From: Bacteroidia bacterium
GTDB lineage: Bacteria > Bacteroidota > Bacteroidia > J057 > JANRLA01
Assembly: GCA_033763015.1 (NCBI GenBank)
Contig: JANRLA010000131.1
Location: 19,601 to 83,600 of the forward strand
Direction of reading: 5' to 3'
Length of the DNA: 64,000 nt
The notes below the pieces were generated by a model. That model saw only the letters and a list, made by a program, of their open reading frames with translations, made no database searches and was not told the origin of the DNA. Shown here in pieces: positions 56,207-64,000 of the stretch (positions are counted from its first letter, which is position 1; every line of letters begins with the position of its first letter). A program made the translations under genes and the position numbers.

Positions 56207-57283
56207 CTAAGCCGAAGGCGGAGCAGGTTCGAATGTGCCAAGGGCTGTCGCGACGGTATCGGCTGCATCGGCGGGCACATCCAGGTGCGTAACCAGCCGG
56301 ATGCTGTCGCTGCCCACACCGTTGGCCAGAATGCCGTGCGATTTCAGGTGCGCCAACAGCGGCTGCTGCAGGCTAGCACGGGTAAGCCGAAGCAGCACAA
56401 TGTTGGTCTCCACCGGCAAGACTTCGGCCACGTAGGGCTGCTGGGCCAGCACGTGGCCCAGGCGCTGGGCAAGCTGGTGGTCGTCGGCCAGCCGCGCCAC
56501 GTGGTGCTCTAGGGCATACAGGCCCGCTGCGGCCAAGAGGCCCGCCTGCCGCCACCCGCCGCCCAGCACCTTGCGCACCCGGCGGGCCTGCCGGATGAAG
56601 TCGGTGCTGCCAAGCAGTAGCGAGCCCACCGGCGCCCCCAGCCCCTTGCTCAGGCAAATGGAGATCGAATCGAACAGCCGCCCGTAGTCGGCTTCACGCT
56701 CGCCCTTGGCAACGATGGCGTTAAAAAGCCGTGCCCCATCGAGGTGCAGTTTCAGCCCCCTCTCGCGGCACAGGGCGTGGATCCGCTCAATCTCCGCCAA
56801 CTCGTAGCAGGCACCGCCACCCCGGTTGGCGGTATTCTCCAGGGCCACGCACCGGGTGATGGGTCGGTGCACGTCGTCGGGGTTGATGTGGTGTGCGATG
56901 GCCTCGGCCGTGAGCCGACCCCGATCGCCGGGCACCAGCGCCACACTGGCCCGGCTGTTAAAGGCGATGCCACCGCCTTCGTAGTAGTACACGTGCGAAA
57001 GCTGGTGGCAGATGACCTCGCCCAGCGCACCCGCGTGCAGAAAGAGGGCAATCTGGTTGGTTTGCGTACCACTGCTGCAAAACAGGGCGGCTTCCATACC
57101 GAAGCGACCGGCCAGGTGGTGCTCAAGTGCGGTCACGGTGGGGTCTTCGCCATACACGTCGTCGCCGACGGGGGCCGAGAGCATCGCCGCCCGCATGGCC
57201 GGCGTGGGGCGGGTAACGGTATCTGAGCGCAGGTCTATCACGGGGGCCAAGCTACAGCCCCAACCGCTGAAAGAGGGATTCAA
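56207..57283 (-). CDS. ltaE: low-specificity L-threonine aldolase
   Basis: IDLRSDTVTRPTPAMRAAM...GDDVYGEDPT...SGTQTNQIAL and SICLSKGLGAPVGS (PLP lysine). An alternative start at GTG 57241 avoids the 32-nt overlap with the upstream gene. Confidence 0.85.
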   Translation of the reverse strand: MNPSFSGWGCSLAPVIDLRSDTVTRPTPAMRAAMLSAPVGDDVYGEDPTVTALEHHLAGRFGMEAALFCSSGTQTNQIALFLHAGALGEVICHQLSHVYYYEGGGIAFNSRASVALVPGDRGRLTAEAIAHHINPDDVHRPITRCVALENTANRGGGACYELAEIERIHALCRERGLKLHLDGARLFNAIVAKGEREADYGRLFDSISICLSKGLGAPVGSLLLGSTDFIRQARRVRKVLGGGWRQAGLLAAAGLYALEHHVARLADDHQLAQRLGHVLAQQPYVAEVLPVETNIVLLRLTRASLQQPLLAHLKSHGILANGVGSDSIRLVTHLDVPADAADTVATALGTFEPAPPSA

Positions 57284-58394
57284 ACTGCTGTAGCATGGCA
57301 GTTTTGCCTAGTTCGCCCAGGGCGGCGGCCTCAGCAGCGGCGGCACGGGCCTGGGCACCGGCAGGGTCGTCCAGAACGGTTTCGATGGCAGCCGCCAGGG
57401 CGGCGGGGTCGTCGGGGGCGAAGAGTAGGCCCCGGGCACCACCGGCCAGCAGGTCGGGGTTACTACCGGCGTGTGCGGCCACGATGGGGGTGCCGCAGGC
57501 CATGGCTTCCACCGTGACAACGCCGTAGGTCTCGCCCGAGGAGCACATGGCAAACACATCGAGTGCCCGGAAGCCTACCGCGACATCGGGCCGGCCGGGC
57601 CGGAAGACCACCCGGTCTGTCAACCCCAGCGCACCCACCCGGGCCCGCAGGCGCTCGGGGTACCCCGGGTCATCGCCCCCAATCGTGGGGTCGCCTAACA
57701 AGAGCACCCGCAGTGCGGGCCAACGCGCGGCCAACAGTGCCACAGCCTCCAGCAACAAGTGCTGCCCCTTCTTGGGGTCGATGCGGCCGATGAGCCCCAC
57801 CCAGGGGCCTGCTTCGGGCAGGTCGAGCAGCGCACGGGCCTTCGCCTGGGTTTCGGGCAGGGTTTCTCGCAGCCCCTCACTATCCACCCCCAGCGGGATT
57901 ACCCATACCCGCTCAAGGGGCATCCGTGTATGCGTACCCACCTGGGCCCGTAGCCACGGCATGGGTGCCACCCAAGCCGCGAGCGACCGGTAGATGGAGG
58001 TGTGGAGCCACCCACGCTTGCGTACCCCCAGCTGCATCTGCTGCCAATACACCAGCACCAGCCGGCGGCTGAAGAGCTGCCGGGCCAGAGCGGCGGTGTG
58101 TAGGTCGTGGGTCGTAGTTACCATACAAAGGTGGCAGCCCGCTTGGCGCAGATGGGCTGCCAGTCGGCGGGCACTTTGAATATCAAAGTACTTTAAGGGC
58201 CTAGAGAAGGGTATCAGCGGCACGTCGGTGCCCTTGAGGGCACGGCCCAGCGGCGACTCGGGCAGGCCTACCACACACACCGGGTGCCCCGCCGCCTGCA
58301 ACCACTGGGCCAGGCGGGCTACGTTCATTTCTAGCCCACCCCAGCTACGGCTGGTGCACAGCAAGGCGAGAGTGCGGGTAGGCGTGTGGGGCAT
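57252..58394 (-). CDS. GT4-family (GT-B) glycosyltransferase
   Basis: C-terminal E-x7-E region (SSGETYGVVTVEAMACGTPIVA), a TSRSWGGLE N-terminus, and 380 aa in length. Confidence 0.8.
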   Translation of the reverse strand: MPHTPTRTLALLCTSRSWGGLEMNVARLAQWLQAAGHPVCVVGLPESPLGRALKGTDVPLIPFSRPLKYFDIQSARRLAAHLRQAGCHLCMVTTTHDLHTAALARQLFSRRLVLVYWQQMQLGVRKRGWLHTSIYRSLAAWVAPMPWLRAQVGTHTRMPLERVWVIPLGVDSEGLRETLPETQAKARALLDLPEAGPWVGLIGRIDPKKGQHLLLEAVALLAARWPALRVLLLGDPTIGGDDPGYPERLRARVGALGLTDRVVFRPGRPDVAVGFRALDVFAMCSSGETYGVVTVEAMACGTPIVAAHAGSNPDLLAGGARGLLFAPDDPAALAAAIETVLDDPAGAQARAAAAEAAALGELGKTAMLQQFESLFQRLGL

Positions 58395-58398
58395 GCGG

Positions 58399-58406
58399 CA
58401 AATTCA
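58399..58406 (-). promoter_or_regulatory. near-consensus -7 box TGAATTTG 4 nt upstream of ATG 58394
   Basis: One mismatch to TAnnTTTG. The spacing matches the perfect boxes found elsewhere in the window. Confidence 0.35.
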
Positions 58407-58537
58407 ACGCCGGAGCCCCTCGGGCAGCCGGATCTACCAGAAAAAGAAATCCCTTTTGGTAAAATTTTTACAAGTTTTGGCAAATTCGTAGCAATTCGTT
58501 AACTTTTACCCTACACCCATACCACGTGTCGTCCTGT

Positions 58538-58933
58538 ATGACCCAGCGATTCCTTCTACCCCTCTGTTGGCTGGTGGGGCTAGTACCGCTCCACAGCACT
58601 GCACAATCGAATGTCCAGGAAGCGGTGCTGAGCGTCGTGTACGATGCCCCACCCGACATTTTCCTGAACCTCGACAGCCTTTCGGGCAATGCCCTGCCCG
58701 ATAAGGTCCAGGTGGTTACCGTGTTCCTGTGGGATGACAAGTGGTTCCGCTTCGGCGAATTCGAGGTGCTCGTCACGGCTACGGGTAAGCTCCAACTGCG
58801 GCTCCTGCGACTCTTAGACCCCGACTACGCCGACTACGGTACCGATTATGGGGTCCGGCAAGGCATGATCGAGTACCTATCGTCCATTGCTCGCATTCAG
58901 ATGCGCTGGAGCTCTGCCAAGGGTGGTGGTTAG
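58538..58933 (+). CDS. hypothetical secreted protein
   Basis: ATG 58538 gives the signal peptide MTQRFLLPLCWLVGLVPLHSTAQS. No recognisable domain. Confidence 0.5.
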   Translation: MTQRFLLPLCWLVGLVPLHSTAQSNVQEAVLSVVYDAPPDIFLNLDSLSGNALPDKVQVVTVFLWDDKWFRFGEFEVLVTATGKLQLRLLRLLDPDYADYGTDYGVRQGMIEYLSSIARIQMRWSSAKGGG

Positions 58934-58975
58934 CCGCTGCCGGGCTAACTTTCAGGGCGCTTTCTGCACCACACC

Positions 58976-60196
58976 ATGCCTGTTATTTCTGAACGGGGCC
59001 GGGTCATGCCCGCCTCCCCCATTCGTCGCCTTGCCCCCTATGCCGACGCCGCCAAAGCCCGCGGCACCCAGGTGTACCACCTAAACATTGGCCAGCCCGA
59101 CCTGCAAACGCCACCGCAGTTCTTCGAGGCCATTGCGAAAGCCGACGTTCAGGTGCTGGCCTACAGCCCTTCGGCGGGCCACGAGAGTTACCGCGCCAAA
59201 CTGGTGGGCTACTACGCCAACTACGGCATTACCCACCTGGGCCCCGAGCACATCACTGTAACAACCGGAGGGAGCGAGGCGCTGCGCTTTGCATTTGCCG
59301 CGTGCTTCAACCCCGGCGACGAGGTGATAATACCCGAGCCGTTTTACGCCAACTACGCAAGTTTTGCCACCGAAAACGGCGTTGTCATCCGCCCCATCAG
59401 CACCACGGTGGAAGACAGTTTTGAACTGCCCGACCCCGCCGAAATCGAGCAGGCCATTACCCCCCGCACCAAAGCCCTACTGCTGTGCAACCCCAGCAAC
59501 CCCACGGGCAAGCTCTACAACCGCAGCGCCCTGGAGCAGCTCGCGCGGCTGGTGCTCAAGTACGACCTCTACCTGATTGCCGACGAGGTGTACAAGGAGT
59601 TCTGCTACGATGGCTACGCCTTTACCTCGGCCCTGACCTTGAGCGGGCTCGAGGCCCACGTAGTGGTGGTAGACTCAGTCTCGAAACGGTACTCGGGCTG
59701 CGGCGCACGTATCGGCGCCTTTGTAAGCCGAAACGCCGACCTCAACAGCACGGTGCTCAAGTTTGCCCAAGCCCGACTATCGCCCCCAACCCTGGGGCAG
59801 ATCGGTGCTGAGGCGCTGATCGACCTGCCGCAGAGCTACTACCAGCAGATCGTTAAAACCTACAGCGAACGGCGCGACATCGTGCTCGACGCCCTACGGC
59901 AACTGCCCGGCGTGGTCGCCCCCACGGTTTCGGGTGCGTTTTACGTCATGCCTAAGCTACCCATCGACAACGCCGACCGTTTCTGCCAGTGGCTGCTCGA
60001 AAGCTTTAGCCACGAAGGCCACACCGTTATGCTGGCCCCGGGTACCGGCTTTTATGCCACCCCTGGGCGCGGCACCCAGGAGGTGCGCCTGGCCTACGTG
60101 CTCGAGCCCGCCAAGCTGCGCCACGCAATGGCGTGCCTGGCCCTGGCCCTGGAAACCTACCCTAACCGGGTACCGGTAGCCGCCGCTGCGGTCTAA
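58976..60196 (+). CDS. class I/II PLP-dependent (aspartate-type) aminotransferase
   Basis: PNYASF-like region, NPSNPTG, and SVSKRYSGCGARIG (PLP lysine). Confidence 0.85.
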   Translation: MPVISERGRVMPASPIRRLAPYADAAKARGTQVYHLNIGQPDLQTPPQFFEAIAKADVQVLAYSPSAGHESYRAKLVGYYANYGITHLGPEHITVTTGGSEALRFAFAACFNPGDEVIIPEPFYANYASFATENGVVIRPISTTVEDSFELPDPAEIEQAITPRTKALLLCNPSNPTGKLYNRSALEQLARLVLKYDLYLIADEVYKEFCYDGYAFTSALTLSGLEAHVVVVDSVSKRYSGCGARIGAFVSRNADLNSTVLKFAQARLSPPTLGQIGAEALIDLPQSYYQQIVKTYSERRDIVLDALRQLPGVVAPTVSGAFYVMPKLPIDNADRFCQWLLESFSHEGHTVMLAPGTGFYATPGRGTQEVRLAYVLEPAKLRHAMACLALALETYPNRVPVAAAAV

Positions 60197-60299
60197 GATT
60201 ACCTAGGTGTTAAATCTGTAGCGGTTTGCAACCTGGCTACAGGTAGTGGTCTCTGTAAGGGTGTACAACAACAACACACACAAACACCCACTACCCACC

Positions 60300-60665
60300 A
60301 TGAAAGCCCTATTCGCCCCCTTCCTCTTGGCCAGTAGCCTAGCCCTGAGTACCCCCAGCGCCCTGCAGGCACAGCCGCAGGCCTACGTAGCCGCCGAGCC
60401 CAGCCACTACCTGGTGGGCAGTACCTGGCTGCTAAGCGCCGACTACCTTCTGACCCCCAGCCGTGACGCAGCCTACACGTTCGACATCCTGCCCCTGTGG
60501 GCCGAGACGCCGGTCACGATTACGGATCTGAGCAGCGACCCCACGGGCCACCTGCGGGTAAGCGTTGAGCTGGAAAACGGCACCCAGGCCTACCTGATCG
60601 TCCGCGACCTGACCCAACTGCACCGCCAGCTGCGTACCCTGGCGCCCGCCAGCCCATTGTTTTAA
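60300..60665 (+). CDS. hypothetical secreted protein
   Basis: Signal peptide MKALFAPFLLASSLALSTPSALQAQ. No recognisable domain. Confidence 0.5.
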   Translation: MKALFAPFLLASSLALSTPSALQAQPQAYVAAEPSHYLVGSTWLLSADYLLTPSRDAAYTFDILPLWAETPVTITDLSSDPTGHLRVSVELENGTQAYLIVRDLTQLHRQLRTLAPASPLF

Positions 60666-60729
60666 TCCCCTGCAATAGCCCACGGTAGTCACCTCGGCCA
60701 CCGGTAGGCCGAATGCCCATCCGAGGGTG

Positions 60730-60737
60730 TAGTTTTG
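60730..60737 (+). promoter_or_regulatory. -7 box TAGTTTTG 4 nt upstream of thiE ATG
   Basis: Perfect TAnnTTTG. ATG at 60742. Confidence 0.5.
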
Positions 60738-60741
60738 GCAC

Positions 60742-61323
60742 ATGGCGTTTGTGCCCAGTGTACTGGCCATCAGCAACCTGAAAGCCTACGACCCGGTCCG
60801 CATCCTGGCCTGGGCCCAGCACGCAGTGCGCCAAGGCGCCGATGGGCTGATGCTGCGCGAAACTTGGCAACAGGCCTACGCGTACTCGGCCGCCGAAATC
60901 TGGACGCCCCTGCGGCTAGGGGGTATCCGCCTCCTCTGGAATCCTGCCAACGAAGCCGAACTACCCGGCATAGCGCCTTGGACAACCGTGTGGGACGGGC
61001 TGCACCTGAAAGCCCACTACCCCGAGCCGCCCAAGCTGCCCCGAAACCTGCTCCTGGGCCGCTCCTGTCACTCGGTAGCCGAGGTGGAAGCGGCCTACCA
61101 CGCCGGGGCCCACTACGCCCTCGTAAGCCCCATCTACCCCACCAACAGCCACCCCGAACGCCCCCCCCTGGGGCTGGAACTGCTGGCCGAGGCCTGCCGC
61201 GCGGTACCCATCCCCGTACTAGCACTAGGCGGCGTTACCCGCCAGCGGATGGCCGAATGCCTGGATGCCGGTGCGGGTGGGGTTGCGGCCATCGGTTGGT
61301 TTAGCCTGCCCACTGCGCCATGA
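60742..61323 (+). CDS. thiE: thiamine-phosphate synthase (TMP-TENI family)
   Basis: GRSCHSVAEVEAA...GAHYALVSPIYPT and PVLALGGVT...GAGGVAAIGW are typical of ThiE/TenI. The N-terminal half is divergent. Confidence 0.65.
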   Translation: MAFVPSVLAISNLKAYDPVRILAWAQHAVRQGADGLMLRETWQQAYAYSAAEIWTPLRLGGIRLLWNPANEAELPGIAPWTTVWDGLHLKAHYPEPPKLPRNLLLGRSCHSVAEVEAAYHAGAHYALVSPIYPTNSHPERPPLGLELLAEACRAVPIPVLALGGVTRQRMAECLDAGAGGVAAIGWFSLPTAP

Positions 61324-63803
61324 CGAGCTACAGCTTGGCCGGGCTACAGGCCCAATTTGGGGGCCACCTGAGTGGGCACCCCCCCGCGTTCGACGGCCCC
61401 ATTGAACACTGGCTCTACGACAGCCGCCACCAGGTGCCCGGGCCCGGGGCTGTGTTTCTGGCCCTGCCGGGCCCCCACCGCGACGGCCACGGGTTCATCG
61501 GCCAGGCCTACCAGAAGGGCGTCCGGCTGTTTTGGGTCGCCCAGCCCATAGCCACCGATGCCTACCCCGACGCCGCCTTCTGGCAGGTGCCCGATGTGCT
61601 GGCCGCCCTACAGCGGCTGGCCGCCCACCACCGCGCGCAGTTCCAGGGCACCGTGGTGGGCATTACGGGCAGCAACGGCAAAACCACGGTAAAAGAGTGG
61701 CTGACCACGCTCCTGGAAGGCCAGTTCGATGTGTACAAAAGCCCCCGCAGTTACAACAGCCAACTGGGGGTGGCCTTGGCACTGCTGGGCCTGCGGCCCC
61801 ACCACCAGGTGGCGCTCATCGAATGCGGCATTAGCCAGGTGGGCGAGATGGCGCGTTTGGCGGCGATGGTGCAGCCCAGCTTTGGGGTGCTTACCCACCT
61901 GGGCGATGCCCACGCGAACGGTTTTGCCGATGGCGCGGAAAAGGTGGCCGAGAAGCTGGCGCTCTTCCCGCCCGATTGCCCCGTGGTGAGCTTCCGGCAC
62001 GGGGCCACGTACACCCCGCTCGTCGAACGCCACCTGGCCCAACGTACAGCCCCAGTGGTTGCGCCCAGTGTGGGCACATTGCAGCTGACCTCGGCGCTCT
62101 ACCAGTCGACTACCGGCAGCTGGGAGGTGACGCTGGAGGTGGGGGGTACCCCGATCGCCGCCACGGCCCCCATCGCGGGCGAAGCCGGGTGCGAAAACCT
62201 GGTGCTGGCCCTGGCGAGCGCCCACCTGCTGGGCCTCAGGCCCGAACAGGTTTCGCAGCGCTCTGGGCTCCTGCGGCCGCTTGAGCTGCGCACCCAGCTC
62301 CTTACCGACAACCCCGAGGTGGTGGTGCTGGCCGATGCCTACAACGCCGACATTGATTCGATCCGCAACGCCGTGGCGCTGCTGCTCACCCAGCGGCAAT
62401 TGCCCACCCGGCGGCTTATCCTCAGCGACATCGAGCACCTGGGCCGCGACTCGGCCGAGCTGCACGCCAAGCTGGTCCGCGAGCTGAGCCAGGCTCTGGG
62501 CGCCGAGCACCTCGAACTCATCGGGCCCCAGTTTACAGCTGCGGCTGCGGCTCTGGGCGCCACCGAAGTTCAGGTCTACCCCTCGGTGGCAGCCTACCTG
62601 GCCCGCTTCGAGTACCACCGTTACCGGGGTGCCGTGGTGCTGGTAAAAGGCGCCCGGCGGTTTGAGCTGGAGCAGATTTTGCCCCGCCTGGCCCGCCACA
62701 GCGGCCCTACAGTGCTGCAGATCAACCTCAATGCAGCCATTGAGAACCTTCGAACACTCCAGGCCCCGCTACCTCCCGGTACCGGCACAGTGGTTATGCT
62801 CAAAGCTGGCGCCTACGGCACGGGCGCCTGGCAGCTCGCCCAGGCCTTGGTGCCCGCGGGCGTGGCGTACCTGGGCGTGGCACAGCCCTACGAGGGCATT
62901 GAGTTGCGCGAGCGCGGCATCACGGCCCCCATTCTGGTACTCTACCCAGACCCCACGCTGCAGCAGTGCGCCAGCTACGACCTCGAGCCCGTGATTAGCG
63001 GCTGGGCACAGGTCGAAGCCTTGGTTGCGCTCGACCCGGCGACCTACCCACTCGCCGGGGTCCACCTTGAGTTCGATACCGGCATGGCGCGGTTGGGCTT
63101 CAGTCCTGCCGAGGCCGCCGCGGTGACGGCCCGTTTGGCGCAACAGCCTGTGCCAGTCGCCACCTGTTTTACCCACCTGGCGGCCAGCGAAGACCCCGCG
63201 CAGGATGCCTTCACCCGCAGCCAACTGTCGGCCTTTGCCGCCGCCGCCGCCCAGGTACGGCTGCGCTACCCCGGCTGCAAACGGCACGCCCTGAATACCG
63301 GCGGGGCACTGCGCTTCCCCGAGGCGGCTTACGAGCTCGTGCGCCTGGGCATCGGCCTCTATGGCATCGACCCCCGTGGGCCAGCCACTAGCCAATTGCG
63401 CGAAATCGGCAGCCTGCGCACGGTAGTTGCCCAACTGCACACCTACCCGGCGGGCACTAGTGTGGGGTACGGCCGCGCCGAGGTGCTGCAGGCCGAGGCC
63501 CGAATTGCCACCCTGCCCCTAGGCTATGCCGATGGGCTGCCCCGGTCGGTGGGCGAACGGCGGTTTTCGGTGCTCATCCGCGGCCAACGGGCCCCTATTG
63601 TGGGGCGGGTGTGCATGGACGTGTGCATGGCCGAGGTGACGCACATTGCCGGGGTGGCCGAAGGCGACGAAGCCGTAGTCTTTGGCGCCCAAGGCACAGA
63701 AGTGCAGTCAATAGAGGCCCTGGCGCAGGCCAGCGGCACAATTGCCTACGAAGTACTGGCCCGAATACCGGCCCGGGTGCGCCGGGTGTACCTGCGCGAA
63801 TAG
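61320..63803 (+). CDS. murF: bifunctional UDP-N-acetylmuramoyl-tripeptide--D-alanyl-D-alanine ligase / alanine racemase
   Basis: N-terminal Mur ligase domain (VVGITGSNGKTTVKE and DAYNADIDS). C-terminal alanine racemase domain (VVMLKAGAYGTG with the PLP lysine, GIGLYG, VGYG, PIVGRVCMD). 827 aa in one frame. Confidence 0.9.
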   Translation: MTSYSLAGLQAQFGGHLSGHPPAFDGPIEHWLYDSRHQVPGPGAVFLALPGPHRDGHGFIGQAYQKGVRLFWVAQPIATDAYPDAAFWQVPDVLAALQRLAAHHRAQFQGTVVGITGSNGKTTVKEWLTTLLEGQFDVYKSPRSYNSQLGVALALLGLRPHHQVALIECGISQVGEMARLAAMVQPSFGVLTHLGDAHANGFADGAEKVAEKLALFPPDCPVVSFRHGATYTPLVERHLAQRTAPVVAPSVGTLQLTSALYQSTTGSWEVTLEVGGTPIAATAPIAGEAGCENLVLALASAHLLGLRPEQVSQRSGLLRPLELRTQLLTDNPEVVVLADAYNADIDSIRNAVALLLTQRQLPTRRLILSDIEHLGRDSAELHAKLVRELSQALGAEHLELIGPQFTAAAAALGATEVQVYPSVAAYLARFEYHRYRGAVVLVKGARRFELEQILPRLARHSGPTVLQINLNAAIENLRTLQAPLPPGTGTVVMLKAGAYGTGAWQLAQALVPAGVAYLGVAQPYEGIELRERGITAPILVLYPDPTLQQCASYDLEPVISGWAQVEALVALDPATYPLAGVHLEFDTGMARLGFSPAEAAAVTARLAQQPVPVATCFTHLAASEDPAQDAFTRSQLSAFAAAAAQVRLRYPGCKRHALNTGGALRFPEAAYELVRLGIGLYGIDPRGPATSQLREIGSLRTVVAQLHTYPAGTSVGYGRAEVLQAEARIATLPLGYADGLPRSVGERRFSVLIRGQRAPIVGRVCMDVCMAEVTHIAGVAEGDEAVVFGAQGTEVQSIEALAQASGTIAYEVLARIPARVRRVYLRE

Positions 63804-63870
63804 GCACAGGTTTGGGGGTAGTGCCCTTGGGGTTGTAGTTTCCACCCCCGCAGCCCATTGATTGCCCCCG

Positions 63871-64000
63871 TTGGAAACCCCCGAGCCCCCCGATCGCAGC
63901 CCCTGGCTGGTGCCCTACCCCACGGCCACCGACCTGCCGCCCGACTGGCTCTACGCCGCATACCCCGATGCCCTGGCCTTTCTCTCGGCCGATGGCACCC
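63871..64000 (+). CDS. 5' end of an unidentified CDS running off the window
   Basis: The frame reading ETPEPPDRSPWLVPYPTATDLPPDWLYAAYPDALAFLSADGT has strong GC3 bias like the other genes. A TTG at 63871 is a possible start. Function unknown. Confidence 0.35.
   Translation, partial: METPEPPDRSPWLVPYPTATDLPPDWLYAAYPDALAFLSADGT

Noticed and set aside
60666-60741. TPP riboswitch upstream of thiE, thiS or thiO
   Set aside because: The spacers are only 76, 6 and 55 nt. None contains the conserved CUGAGA / ACCUGAUCUGGAUAAUGCCAGCG-type core, and the thiE and thiO spacers are occupied by leaderless-type promoters.
61608-62699. 363-codon ORF (plus 62769-63440) antisense to murF/alr
   Set aside because: Same reasoning. 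It is a GC-driven absence of stop codons, and the sense frame has Mur ligase and racemase motifs.

Overview
High-GC (about 60-65%) chromosomal segment, densely packed with mostly housekeeping genes. It looks like a Bacteroidota genome of the Cytophagia/Hymenobacter type. Supporting clues: a GldJ-like gliding lipoprotein, DUF2911, DUF6702 and YXWGXW proteins, a murF-alr fusion, and TAnnTTTG -7 promoter boxes. About 60 CDSs are supportable, including nuoG, corA, an ECF sigma factor, queD, murB, asnS, lon, secA, ispB, a tolC plus adaptor pair, gpsA, aroE, recR, hppD, rimP-nusA-infB, nuoH, lpxB, thiO, thiS, thiE, murF/alr, M14 and M1 peptidases, and two orphan histidine kinases. I saw no rRNA, tRNA, CRISPR array, transposase, integrase or obvious defence island. 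I could not identify a convincing multi-gene novel system. The signals most worth a second look are: (1) an intrinsic terminator in the leader of rimP-nusA-infB; (2) -7 boxes ending 3-7 nt before start codons at many genes, which implies leaderless mRNAs; (3) two paralogous orphan kinases with a roughly 100-aa insertion between the H-box and N-box, one also carrying a 42-codon tandem duplication; (4) a run of secreted unknown proteins at 32.4-35.4 kb that share a duplicated module; (5) two single-gene low-GC islands; (6) a divergent DUF6702 / HupE-M1 peptidase-YXWGXW neighbourhood. All functional calls come from motif recognition by eye. No database search was possible.
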